A program made the translations under genes and the position numbers. The notes beneath the pieces were generated by a model. It was given only the letters and a program-made list of their open reading frames with translations, was not told where the DNA came from and made no database searches. From NCBI GenBank assembly GCA_964291315.2, contig OZ219753.1, positions 896,001 to 960,000 of the forward strand: a DNA stretch of 64,000 bases, in the 5' to 3' direction. This document shows, one piece after another, positions 56,350 to 64,000 of this stretch (position 1 is its first letter; every line of letters starts with the position of its first letter). The DNA is from Candidatus Poribacteria bacterium. GTDB lineage: Bacteria > Poribacteria > WGA-4E > WGA-3G.

Positions 56350-57561
56350 ATGTCAGAACTGAAAAACCACAATGTCACCATGCTCGGCACGGGACTCATC
56401 GGAATGTTTTATACGATGACGCTCCACAGCCAACGTGGGGCGGATCGCGTTCACAGCGTCTACTCTCGACGCAAAGAACGCGCAGATGCGTTTGCTGAAG
56501 AGTGGAATATCCCGCATGCAACCGCTGATCTAACGGAAGCCGTCAATCACCCTGAGACCGATACTGTCATCATCGGGTTACCGAACAACTTGCATCTGAG
56601 GGCCGTGGAGTTGGCTGCTGCTGCCGGCAAATCCATTCTTTGCACAAAGCCTCTGGGACGTACTGCTGCCGAGGCGAGGGTGATGTTAGATATCGTTGAA
56701 AGCGCGGGCATATTCGGTGGTTATCTTGAGGATCTCGTCTATCCTCCAAAAACGCTCAAAGCGCTGGCATCCGTTCAAAACGGTGCGCTTGGTAAAGTTC
56801 TATGGGTGCGTTCCCGCGAAACACACCCCGGGCCCCACAGCGATTGGTTCTGGGATTTGGAGCAGGCTGGCGGTGGTGCTATCGTCGACATGGGATGCCA
56901 CTGCATTGAGATCATCCGAAACTTTGTAGGGAAGGATAACAGGCCTCTTGAGGTAATGTGCTGGGCGGACACGCTTGTGCATCCTATTGATGCGGAAGAT
57001 CACGGCATCGCGCTCATCCGGTTCGAGAGCGGTGCAATGGGACAGTTCGAAGTCGGTTGGGCGTTCCGCGGTGGTATGGATCTACGTGACGAAATCTCTG
57101 GGAGTGAGGGCACTATCTGGCTCAACCACTGGCTCCGGACAGGCTACGAAATGTTCACAGCGGTTGGGCAAGGCGGATATGTGGCAGAGAAAGCAGAGAG
57201 TGATACGGGCTGGCTTTTCCCTGTCGGTGATGAAGTGGCAGAGCTCGGTTACCGGGATATGTTCCTTGATATGTTCAATGCGATGGACGAAAAACGTGAG
57301 CCCTTGGAAACCTTCTACGACGGATACGTCGTCAACGCCATCATCGATGCGTGCTATAAATCGGCCGACTCAAAACAGTGGGAGCCGGTCGACATTCAAG
57401 ACTGGCGGGGCTCCCTCGAAGCTACTGACATCGTAACCGTTCAAGGCGATGCTGATGAACGTTATGCCCACCTCAAAGATGAGCGCATGCCCGACGGCAG
57501 CCTCAAACGTATCTTCAGAGAGCGGGAGACCGGTGAGATTATTGAACGGATAGAAAGTTAA
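56350..57561 (+). CDS. Gfo/Idh/MocA family oxidoreductase
   Basis: [28 protein letters not shown]. Confidence 0.9.
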   Translation: MSELKNHNVTMLGTGLIGMFYTMTLHSQRGADRVHSVYSRRKERADAFAEEWNIPHATADLTEAVNHPETDTVIIGLPNNLHLRAVELAAAAGKSILCTKPLGRTAAEARVMLDIVESAGIFGGYLEDLVYPPKTLKALASVQNGALGKVLWVRSRETHPGPHSDWFWDLEQAGGGAIVDMGCHCIEIIRNFVGKDNRPLEVMCWADTLVHPIDAEDHGIALIRFESGAMGQFEVGWAFRGGMDLRDEISGSEGTIWLNHWLRTGYEMFTAVGQGGYVAEKAESDTGWLFPVGDEVAELGYRDMFLDMFNAMDEKREPLETFYDGYVVNAIIDACYKSADSKQWEPVDIQDWRGSLEATDIVTVQGDADERYAHLKDERMPDGSLKRIFRERETGEIIERIES

Positions 57562-57568
57562 AAAGAGA

Positions 57569-57612
57569 AGGCGATTGCAGCTCAGTCTTCACACTGGACT
57601 CGGCAATCGCCT
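57569..57612. terminator. Stem-loop between convergent genes, probable terminator
   Basis: AGGCGATTGC...GCAATCGCCT with a U-rich tail on the minus strand. Confidence 0.6.
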
Positions 57613-57638
57613 GTATTCATTGTTCATTGGATTTTCCT

Positions 57639-58265
57639 TTACCCAATCAGCCCGAGGGTTTGACATGCCTGTATCAACTTCCGCTCCACCTGTTTTAGGA
57701 GTTGGTTGACTCTCGGCTTGCTGAGTGCTAGAGCTTCAGCGATGTTGCGCTGTTTCATATTTGCACGAATGCATGTGAACACTTGCTGCTCGCGGCTGGT
57801 CAGGCAATCTTCCAGCTGGGGCAGCGCTCGTTCAAAATCGGTATTCCACATCTCCCAGATGAGTGCATCCACAAAGTTATCTTGTACCTGCGCGCTTGTT
57901 TCTACGCCCTCTTGAAGAAAATCGTTTGCACTGAAAGCGGGTGTAAAACGTTGAAGGTGTTGCTGCTCTGTTTTCTTGGCTCTTGTCAAAGCCCCACAGA
58001 TTCTTGGAAGCATATATGTTCGGAAACAGGCCCCTTGTATGTTGTCGGGTTTAAATCCGGGTCCTTTTTTCCAAAGCGTTATCCGTGCAATTTGCAGTAG
58101 GTCGTCCTGAAAAGATGGGAGTGCTGGTGCCGCGTTTGCAGTACACTTTGCACACCGCTTCAAGTCAGCTTCAAAGCGAATCAACGTTGCGTTATCTGCC
58201 TCGAAAACCCCTTTGTGCGCATACGGGGGACACTTCGGGCCCTTGAATTGACATCTCAGCGTCAT
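57639..58265 (-). CDS. sigma70-family alternative sigma factor (regions 2 and 4)
   Basis: DDLLQIARITLW...F.P...GACFRTY...ICGAL (region 2); LTSREQQVF...QRNIAEALALSKPRVNQL (region 4 HTH). Confidence 0.78.
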   Translation of the reverse strand: MTLRCQFKGPKCPPYAHKGVFEADNATLIRFEADLKRCAKCTANAAPALPSFQDDLLQIARITLWKKGPGFKPDNIQGACFRTYMLPRICGALTRAKKTEQQHLQRFTPAFSANDFLQEGVETSAQVQDNFVDALIWEMWNTDFERALPQLEDCLTSREQQVFTCIRANMKQRNIAEALALSKPRVNQLLKQVERKLIQACQTLGLIG

Positions 58266-58504
58266 AATCTACCTCCTGGCACATGTTTGTTCTAAAACGA
58301 TGCGTGTCCCGAAGATAGCAACCCACGAAACACAGCATCACACACTTGGTTCGTACATATTTCCTCACAACTAAAAACGTAATTTGTATTCGCGTTTGCA
58401 AAAGTTGCAAACAACCAATAGACTCTCCTATAAATATAGCACAGTGCCCATTTTCGAATCAAGTAAAAGGGTGGTAAAGTTTTGTTACAAGGATCCAGTC
58501 TCTT

Positions 58505-60925
58505 TTAATCTGCAGCATGTGTTGCCAAAAATTCAGGGTTAGAAGTTATATCGGCGGGATACCGAATTTTCCAAACCTTTATCTTGGCTGTTTCTACATT
58601 TTCTGTGGGGAACACGGAAACAAAAGCGTCGCTTGCCAATCCTCGAAAAAACAGTCGAACGGAGAGGTTGTTCCAACCGACCGGTGGTATATAGTAGGCC
58701 CTATGAAGCCGTGCTTGCTCATCAAAGTAGAGGACGGCGCCTCCCATCGAGACAGATTCAAGGTTTGCTTGCGTATCAAGCAGGTCAGGATTCAGCCTTG
58801 CTCGGTTTTGAGAGTCGACACGTCTGTTACCAACGAAGGCAGCATGAGGCATTTCAACCTGTGTTCCGTCTTTCAGGCGCGCGGTCACTGAAAGCGTTTT
58901 GTCAAGGTCGGTACTAAAGTTAAGGTCAATCGCTACAAAAGGCGTAGCATTTGTGGAGGCAAACAGACGGTATTTAGTACCTGCTGCATAATGTGCGTGT
59001 AAGTCTATCAGCTCAAACCTCCGATCAAAGTTAGCGTCGCTGCCAATAAACGAATACCCTCGGGCGTGTCGAACCAAGTCATTTTCGGTTAGCATCAAAT
59101 GCGTTGCACCATGCGTCTTAAGAAATGCCAACGCTTCTTTCTCGGATTGGGCGGAGAAAACGTGCCGGCAATAGAGATGTATCCAGTGTTGAATGAAGTG
59201 ATCTTGATCGATGACCGTCTTAACGCCGCCAAGGACGTTGAGCATGCTGCCGTATCCCCAATTCGCAGCGACCACGGTGGTGTCGTTAAGTTCTGCTTTT
59301 ATCCAACTTAATCCTTTCTCCAAGGTTGTGCCGCCGGGTACTACCTGTCTCAGGCCATTCGCTGCGTAGACACTTCTTTTGGCGTATCCGCCGCCCGGCA
59401 ACCAAAACAGAAGGGCAGCTAACATCGCAACGGCGGTGCCGCTTTTTAATACAGTCTGCGGAATCCTTAAGTTAATCTTTTTTCTCACAGTTTCTGATAT
59501 AACGCTCACAAATTCTATGGCAAAGAAAACAGTAGGCACCCCAATAAAGAAATCGTACCGTTTTGCGTCACGAGAGAGTGCTACCCAAAGTATGAACCAC
59601 GCTGCTAAAGCCACATAACAGAGCTCGTTTTTCACAGGGGCTTTTCGCCAGAGGGCAACTCCCAACGCAGCGCCTGCAACTAAAATCAGTGAGCAGAAAA
59701 AGAGAAGATCACACATCTCTGTACCGAAGAAGCTACGGAGCGGCTCCTGAAAGAACGTCGTCAAAACAAATAAACCGATTGGCAGAACTAAAACCGTGCC
59801 TTTTTGTTCCCACAGCCGCATGCTGGCGACCATCAAGCCGATGCTCCCGAGTAACCAGACCCCTCCGAACCGAAACATCCAATAATCGTAATGCGGTGTC
59901 CTTAACTCTGTAACCGTCTGCATTAACCGACTATCGCTAAACGGAACAGTGCTTAGATCAAACGTGTGTTGCTGACTGAGAAAATAGAGGCCTCCAATCA
60001 TAAGACTAAACAAGGTTAGCAAAAAGGCTATCAATCGCGCGTGAGAACGGAACCGGTTCAAAAACGCTTTTCTGGTTTCAAGCAGGGCCCTGATAGAATA
60101 CAACGCCAAAACCACTAAGGGAGGCATTAACATTAATGCTGTCAGATGCGTGGAAAATCCTTGAGTGCTTCGATAGGCGGGGGAGAAAAGAAATAGCCCT
60201 GGCACAAACATCAAAACCCATAACAGATACTCTCCTATAGGATTAGTTTCTTCTGAAGCGATAAACCGCCACACTTCTGCGCAAAGGATCACTAAGACGA
60301 AAACACCGAAACCTTCCCAAGCTAAACCACCTAGGAAAACAAAAAAGCCTGAAAGCGCTGCGAGGATAAAACGCGGCCTCCGGCGTTGGGTTTGTTCCTT
60401 TGCTAAATACGTAGTGACAGCAAGTACGCCCAACAGCCAACAAAAACTGTCTCGATCACTGAAACCGGCAGCACTGCGCTCCACCGCACTCGGCAAGGTT
60501 GCCAACAGCACTCCTACACTCATCGCAAAGGTATATCCATAAGCTCGGTTGAGAAAAAGACAGAGGGCTCCTAATCCAATTACGAAGCAAACCACGGGAG
60601 CAAAGAGCATGAAATCGTACAACGATAGCGTGGGGTAGAAAAGTGTCGTCAACTTGTGGGTATATGCAACCACATAAGGGTAGAGGTTCAACGTTTGTCC
60701 TAAATCTCTACCTATCGGTACCCATCGAGACATATCACGTTCGGGTAATTGTCCATGTTCAGATACAAGTTGTGCCTGCGAAAAATAGAGGTAGGCATCT
60801 GTCTCCGTGAACTGTCCAAATGGAATGTTATCGACCCCTTGGATGCGGATCCAGAAGGCAATAAATAGGATAACACACAAAATCCCCCATTTCCCAATCT
60901 CCGAAGCGAGCTGAATAGTTTTCAT
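58505..60925 (-). CDS. STT3/AglB/PglB-like oligosaccharyltransferase (GT-C fold)
   Basis: Multi-TM N-domain; ETDAYLY, GFSDRD, QTVTEL, KRYDFF, and ANWGYG in place of WWDYG; GGAGG RBS. Confidence 0.8.
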   Translation of the reverse strand: MKTIQLASEIGKWGILCVILFIAFWIRIQGVDNIPFGQFTETDAYLYFSQAQLVSEHGQLPERDMSRWVPIGRDLGQTLNLYPYVVAYTHKLTTLFYPTLSLYDFMLFAPVVCFVIGLGALCLFLNRAYGYTFAMSVGVLLATLPSAVERSAAGFSDRDSFCWLLGVLAVTTYLAKEQTQRRRPRFILAALSGFFVFLGGLAWEGFGVFVLVILCAEVWRFIASEETNPIGEYLLWVLMFVPGLFLFSPAYRSTQGFSTHLTALMLMPPLVVLALYSIRALLETRKAFLNRFRSHARLIAFLLTLFSLMIGGLYFLSQQHTFDLSTVPFSDSRLMQTVTELRTPHYDYWMFRFGGVWLLGSIGLMVASMRLWEQKGTVLVLPIGLFVLTTFFQEPLRSFFGTEMCDLLFFCSLILVAGAALGVALWRKAPVKNELCYVALAAWFILWVALSRDAKRYDFFIGVPTVFFAIEFVSVISETVRKKINLRIPQTVLKSGTAVAMLAALLFWLPGGGYAKRSVYAANGLRQVVPGGTTLEKGLSWIKAELNDTTVVAANWGYGSMLNVLGGVKTVIDQDHFIQHWIHLYCRHVFSAQSEKEALAFLKTHGATHLMLTENDLVRHARGYSFIGSDANFDRRFELIDLHAHYAAGTKYRLFASTNATPFVAIDLNFSTDLDKTLSVTARLKDGTQVEMPHAAFVGNRRVDSQNRARLNPDLLDTQANLESVSMGGAVLYFDEQARLHRAYYIPPVGWNNLSVRLFFRGLASDAFVSVFPTENVETAKIKVWKIRYPADITSNPEFLATHAAD

Positions 60926-61020
60926 GTTTAAGCCTCCGCATTCTATAGGAACGTTTAGAATGAATTAGATGAGAAAAAATGCCTCTCTGTTTTTAGGTTT
61001 CACTATAAACAGTGTCTAAA

Positions 61021-61053
61021 GTTGGCACCCCAGCAAACCGCTGCGATGCCAAC
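61021..61053 (-). repeat. 33-nt hairpin element, copy 1
   Basis: GTTGGCACCCCAGCAAACCGCTGCGATGCCAAC on the plus strand. Confidence 0.85.
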
Positions 61054-61083
61054 CCGTACAGCAACGTTTGAAATCCCCGCGTA

Positions 61084-61923
61084 TCACTCATCGGCGTCTT
61101 CTAGGACCTCATCGCTAAATGCAGCTTCTATCACCGCGGGGTCTTTTGTCGGGTCCTGGAGCAAGAGCTGTTTGAATTCCATCGCCGCTTGTGGGTCCAG
61201 TCTCTTGAAGATGCGCATAGCCTCTACCTCGCCAAACTCCTCTAAGAGCGGCTGAAGTATCGCCTTAAAACGCGGACTCGGATCAACAGGTTTCACAATA
61301 GGCCCAAACGTCGGGTTATACGGCCGCCCCGAAGCCTTTATCTCCTCCAGAGACTCAATAGTTCTCTGAGTGTCCGGATGGGGCCAGAGTTCATTTGTTG
61401 CCCTTACGTGTGCGAGAGCTTCGTCAATAGTTTCAGGTATCTCCGCCATCATTTTGTATGTACCGACAGCAATCGCCTCGGCGAGTTCCTCAATCCCTGG
61501 TACATCGCTGAACTGTTTAATGAGCTGCGCGCGCTTATATTCCGCATAGAGAGCTGGATCGGTCGTCTCATACCATCTGGAAGGCGGATACGGCTCGCCT
61601 TCCTCGTCCGCTGCCGCTTCCTCGTCCTCTTTGAAGATCAGTGCTGTCCAGGGATCAACGTCTCCGTGGGTGTGTGCAGCACCATCATCGTGCAACCAAG
61701 AAGCCTCGGGTGACTTCTTAGAATCCGCTGCACCCGTCTGGGAGCCCTCATCGCCTGTGTGTGATGCCTCAGCCGGCAGCGTGTTGTGATCATGCCGCTC
61801 CACTGTCTGCGGTGCCGCGATACGGCCGCTAAACTGGCGCTTGTCAACCTGCAGGTAAACCGCTAAACCAACGCAAAATACCAAAACCGCAACCGAGGCT
61901 ATTCGTAAAACTCGCAGTATCAT
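61084..61923 (-). CDS. Membrane-anchored hypothetical protein, paralog A1
   Basis: MILRVLRIASVAVLVFCVGLAVYLQ TM anchor, His/acidic linker, helical C-domain; RBS before ATG 61923. Confidence 0.8.
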   Translation of the reverse strand: MILRVLRIASVAVLVFCVGLAVYLQVDKRQFSGRIAAPQTVERHDHNTLPAEASHTGDEGSQTGAADSKKSPEASWLHDDGAAHTHGDVDPWTALIFKEDEEAAADEEGEPYPPSRWYETTDPALYAEYKRAQLIKQFSDVPGIEELAEAIAVGTYKMMAEIPETIDEALAHVRATNELWPHPDTQRTIESLEEIKASGRPYNPTFGPIVKPVDPSPRFKAILQPLLEEFGEVEAMRIFKRLDPQAAMEFKQLLLQDPTKDPAVIEAAFSDEVLEDADE

Positions 61924-61956
61924 CTTTTCCCCTTCTTCTTTCCGTCCGTTGTTAGA

Positions 61957-61989
61957 GTTGGCACCCCAATAAACCACTGAGATGCCAAC
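61957..61989 (-). repeat. 33-nt hairpin element, copy 2
   Basis: GTTGGCACCCCAATAAACCACTGAGATGCCAAC. Confidence 0.85.
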
Positions 61990-62124
61990 GATCTATTCTT
62001 TCATTACGCGCGGAATGATGGGCTCATGTAAAGGTGTGTGCTATTCCTCTAAACACATCAATAAGCACTCGGAGGATTTTCCGCTTGCACGTATCTTGAC
62101 ATGAGCCAATTCCGCTACCAGAGG

Positions 62125-62430
62125 CTACCACGGAGCGCAGCAGCCACTGCAGGACGTCACACGGTCAGTAGTCTCTCTGTCCCGATTAACATAGTACGTA
62201 TCGTGGTCGCTGTGAAAAAACACTCTGTGGTACCATGGCTCATCGGTATCCGAGTAGGGTCTCGATATGTCAATACATGTCTGGCCGCCGTCCTGGGTAC
62301 ACTTATAATACTCCGTACCGCTCCAGACTCTTCTTGGACCTGCCTCGGTTTTCCCCGGGAGGGTCATGATAGCTACCGGTGCTGCTATCATGACGAGGAG
62401 GATAAAGAGCGCGAAACTTTGCCTTAACAT
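62125..62430 (-). CDS. Small secreted Cys/His-containing protein
   Basis: AAGGAGA RBS; signal peptide to ...TEA; mature part has 5 Cys and ends SCSGCCAPW. Confidence 0.72.
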   Translation of the reverse strand: MLRQSFALFILLVMIAAPVAIMTLPGKTEAGPRRVWSGTEYYKCTQDGGQTCIDISRPYSDTDEPWYHRVFFHSDHDTYYVNRDRETTDRVTSCSGCCAPW

Positions 62431-62784
62431 TTTCTATCTCCTTTTTTAGGTTGTGTGAAGAGGAAGGTTATGTGAGATCCGCTGATACATCCGTTGTATC
62501 AATCTGTCCTCAGAAAACTTCCTTCCACTTGCCTATATTATTCGCCAACGTCATTTCTGGCGATCTTCACTATATACTACCACAACTATATATTAATTAT
62601 CAACAGAAAAAGTTAACAGTAAGATCATTTTTTGCAGTTTTTCTCAAAAATTCGCTCAATCCCGCAATTTAACTCGGAACTTACCCAAAAACGCAACTGC
62701 ACAACCTTGTTTTCAATGGAGGCATGCACACCGAAAAGAGTTGGTTGCACATCACACGATCTTTCGCATGCGTGCGTTGTTAAA

Positions 62785-62817
62785 ATTGGCACCCCAGCAA
62801 ACCACTGAGATGCCAAC
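62785..62817 (-). repeat. 33-nt hairpin element, copy 3
   Basis: ATTGGCACCCCAGCAAACCACTGAGATGCCAAC. Confidence 0.85.
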
Positions 62818-62853
62818 GATCTATTACTTGCATATCAACTGAACCCCCGCGTA

Positions 62854-63651
62854 TCACTCATCATCACTAAATAGCGCCTCTGTCTCCGCCGGGTCTCTTG
62901 TCGGGTCCTGGTGCAAGATCCGCTTGAATTCCATCGCCCCTTGTGGATCTAGCATCTTGTAGATGCGTATGGCCTCTACAAAGCCAAATTCCTCTACAAG
63001 CGGTCTAACGATCGGCTCAAAACGCGCACCCTCATCAACCTGCTCCACAATAGGACCAAACGACGGTTCCCCCGAACCCTCTACCCAATCCACATACACA
63101 GTAGTTCTCCGAGTGTCCGAATTCGGTAAAATCTCGCTTGATGCCCTTACGTGTACCGTAATTTCAGGATTCTCCGTCATTATGTTGTATGTCTGGGCAG
63201 CAATTTTCTCAGCGAGCTCCTCAATCCCCGGGACATGGCTGAACTGTTCAATCAATAAGGAGCGATAATATTCAGCAAATAGGGCAGGATCACTCATATC
63301 ACTCCATTCTGGAGACGAATACGGCTCGCCTTCCTCATCTGCTGCCTCCTCGTCCTCTGTGAAGATTAGTGAAGTCGACGGATCAACGTCTCCGTGGGTA
63401 TGCACAGAGCTATCATCGTGCAACCAGGATGCCTCGGGCGACTGCTTAGAATCCGCTGCACCCATCTGGGAGCCCTCATCGCCTGTGTGCGATGCCTCAG
63501 CTGGCGGTGTGTCGTGATCATGTTGCTCTGCTGGCGGTGGTGCTGGGAGCCTGCTGCTAAACTGGTGCTTGTCAACCTGCAGGTAGACGGCTAAACCAAC
63601 GCAAAACACCAAAACGGCAACCGAGGCAATTCGCAAAACTCGCAGTATCAT
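62854..63651 (-). CDS. Membrane-anchored hypothetical protein, paralog A2
   Basis: Same N-terminus as A1, divergent middle; GAAGGAGA RBS. Confidence 0.8.
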   Translation of the reverse strand: MILRVLRIASVAVLVFCVGLAVYLQVDKHQFSSRLPAPPPAEQHDHDTPPAEASHTGDEGSQMGAADSKQSPEASWLHDDSSVHTHGDVDPSTSLIFTEDEEAADEEGEPYSSPEWSDMSDPALFAEYYRSLLIEQFSHVPGIEELAEKIAAQTYNIMTENPEITVHVRASSEILPNSDTRRTTVYVDWVEGSGEPSFGPIVEQVDEGARFEPIVRPLVEEFGFVEAIRIYKMLDPQGAMEFKRILHQDPTRDPAETEALFSDDE

Positions 63652-63693
63652 CTTATCTTCTCCTTCTTTTTTTCGCATGCGTCCGTTGTTAAA

Positions 63694-63726
63694 GTTGGCA
63701 CCCCAGCAAACCACTGAGATGCCAAC
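63694..63726 (-). repeat. 33-nt hairpin element, copy 4
   Basis: GTTGGCACCCCAGCAAACCACTGAGATGCCAAC. Confidence 0.85.
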
Positions 63727-63762
63727 GATCTATTACTTGCATATCAACTGAACCCTCGCGTA

Positions 63763-64000
63763 TCACTCATCATCACTAAATAGCGCCTCTGTCTCCGCCG
63801 GGTCTCTTGTTGGGTCCTGGTGCAAGATCCGCTTGAATTCCATCGCTCCTTCTGGATCCAGTCTTTTGAAGATGCGTATAGCCTCTACAAAGCCAAATTC
63901 CCCTATGAGCGGCTGAAGGATCGGCTTAAAGCGAGCCCCCTCATCAACCGGCTTGACAATAGGCCCATACGTGGGTTTATACGGCCGCCCCGAAGCCTTT
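63763..64000 (-). CDS. Paralog A3, 3' end only (5' part beyond the window)
   Basis: 3' end near-identical to A2 (62854-62945); the upstream part matches A1 (61245-61340). Confidence 0.8.
   Translation of the reverse strand, partial: KASGRPYKPTYGPIVKPVDEGARFKPILQPLIGEFGFVEAIRIFKRLDPEGAMEFKRILHQDPTRDPAETEALFSDDE

Noticed and set aside
61021-63726. CRISPR array (GTTG...CAAC repeats)
   Set aside because: Intervals are ~800-900 bp and contain whole genes; no cas genes in the window.
61021-63726. Integron attC sites
   Set aside because: The order is GTT...AAC rather than RYYYAAC...GTTRRRY, the element is shorter than typical attC, and no integrase is visible.

Overview
A 64-kb bacterial chromosome segment. 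The gene repertoire (DUF6785-type transporter, sulfatase, FGE-sulfatase fusion, Rpn repeats, STT3-like protein) suggests Candidatus Poribacteria or a similar lineage; this is inference only. Left part: a stand-alone rpoB-rpoC operon encoding very large subunits (1752 and 1970 aa). Their insertions are built from many copies of one ~35-40 aa module resembling the native beta-prime clamp element, plus a captured HsdR_N-like domain, and several conserved inhibitor-pocket motifs are substituted. A decayed tnpB lies in the ~1.1-kb rpoB leader. Middle: housekeeping and catabolic genes (fumC, lon, peptidases, hydrolases, oxidoreductases, sulfatase). Right part (40.8-52.8 kb and 57.6-64 kb): accessory cassettes bounded by three different repeat families. 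(i) A HEPN-DUF499 ATPase plus DUF1156 methyltransferase defence cassette preceded by a leader ORF with a C9 tract; one extra C would couple the leader to the ATPase start by an ATGA overlap, a candidate phase-variation switch. (ii) A tandem pair of Rpn nucleases with internal starts. (iii) A sigma factor, an STT3-like transferase lacking the WWD motif, and an array of exported-protein genes separated by a covarying 33-nt hairpin. No rRNA, tRNA or CRISPR array was recognised. All family calls and reference numbering come from manual motif reading, not database searches.
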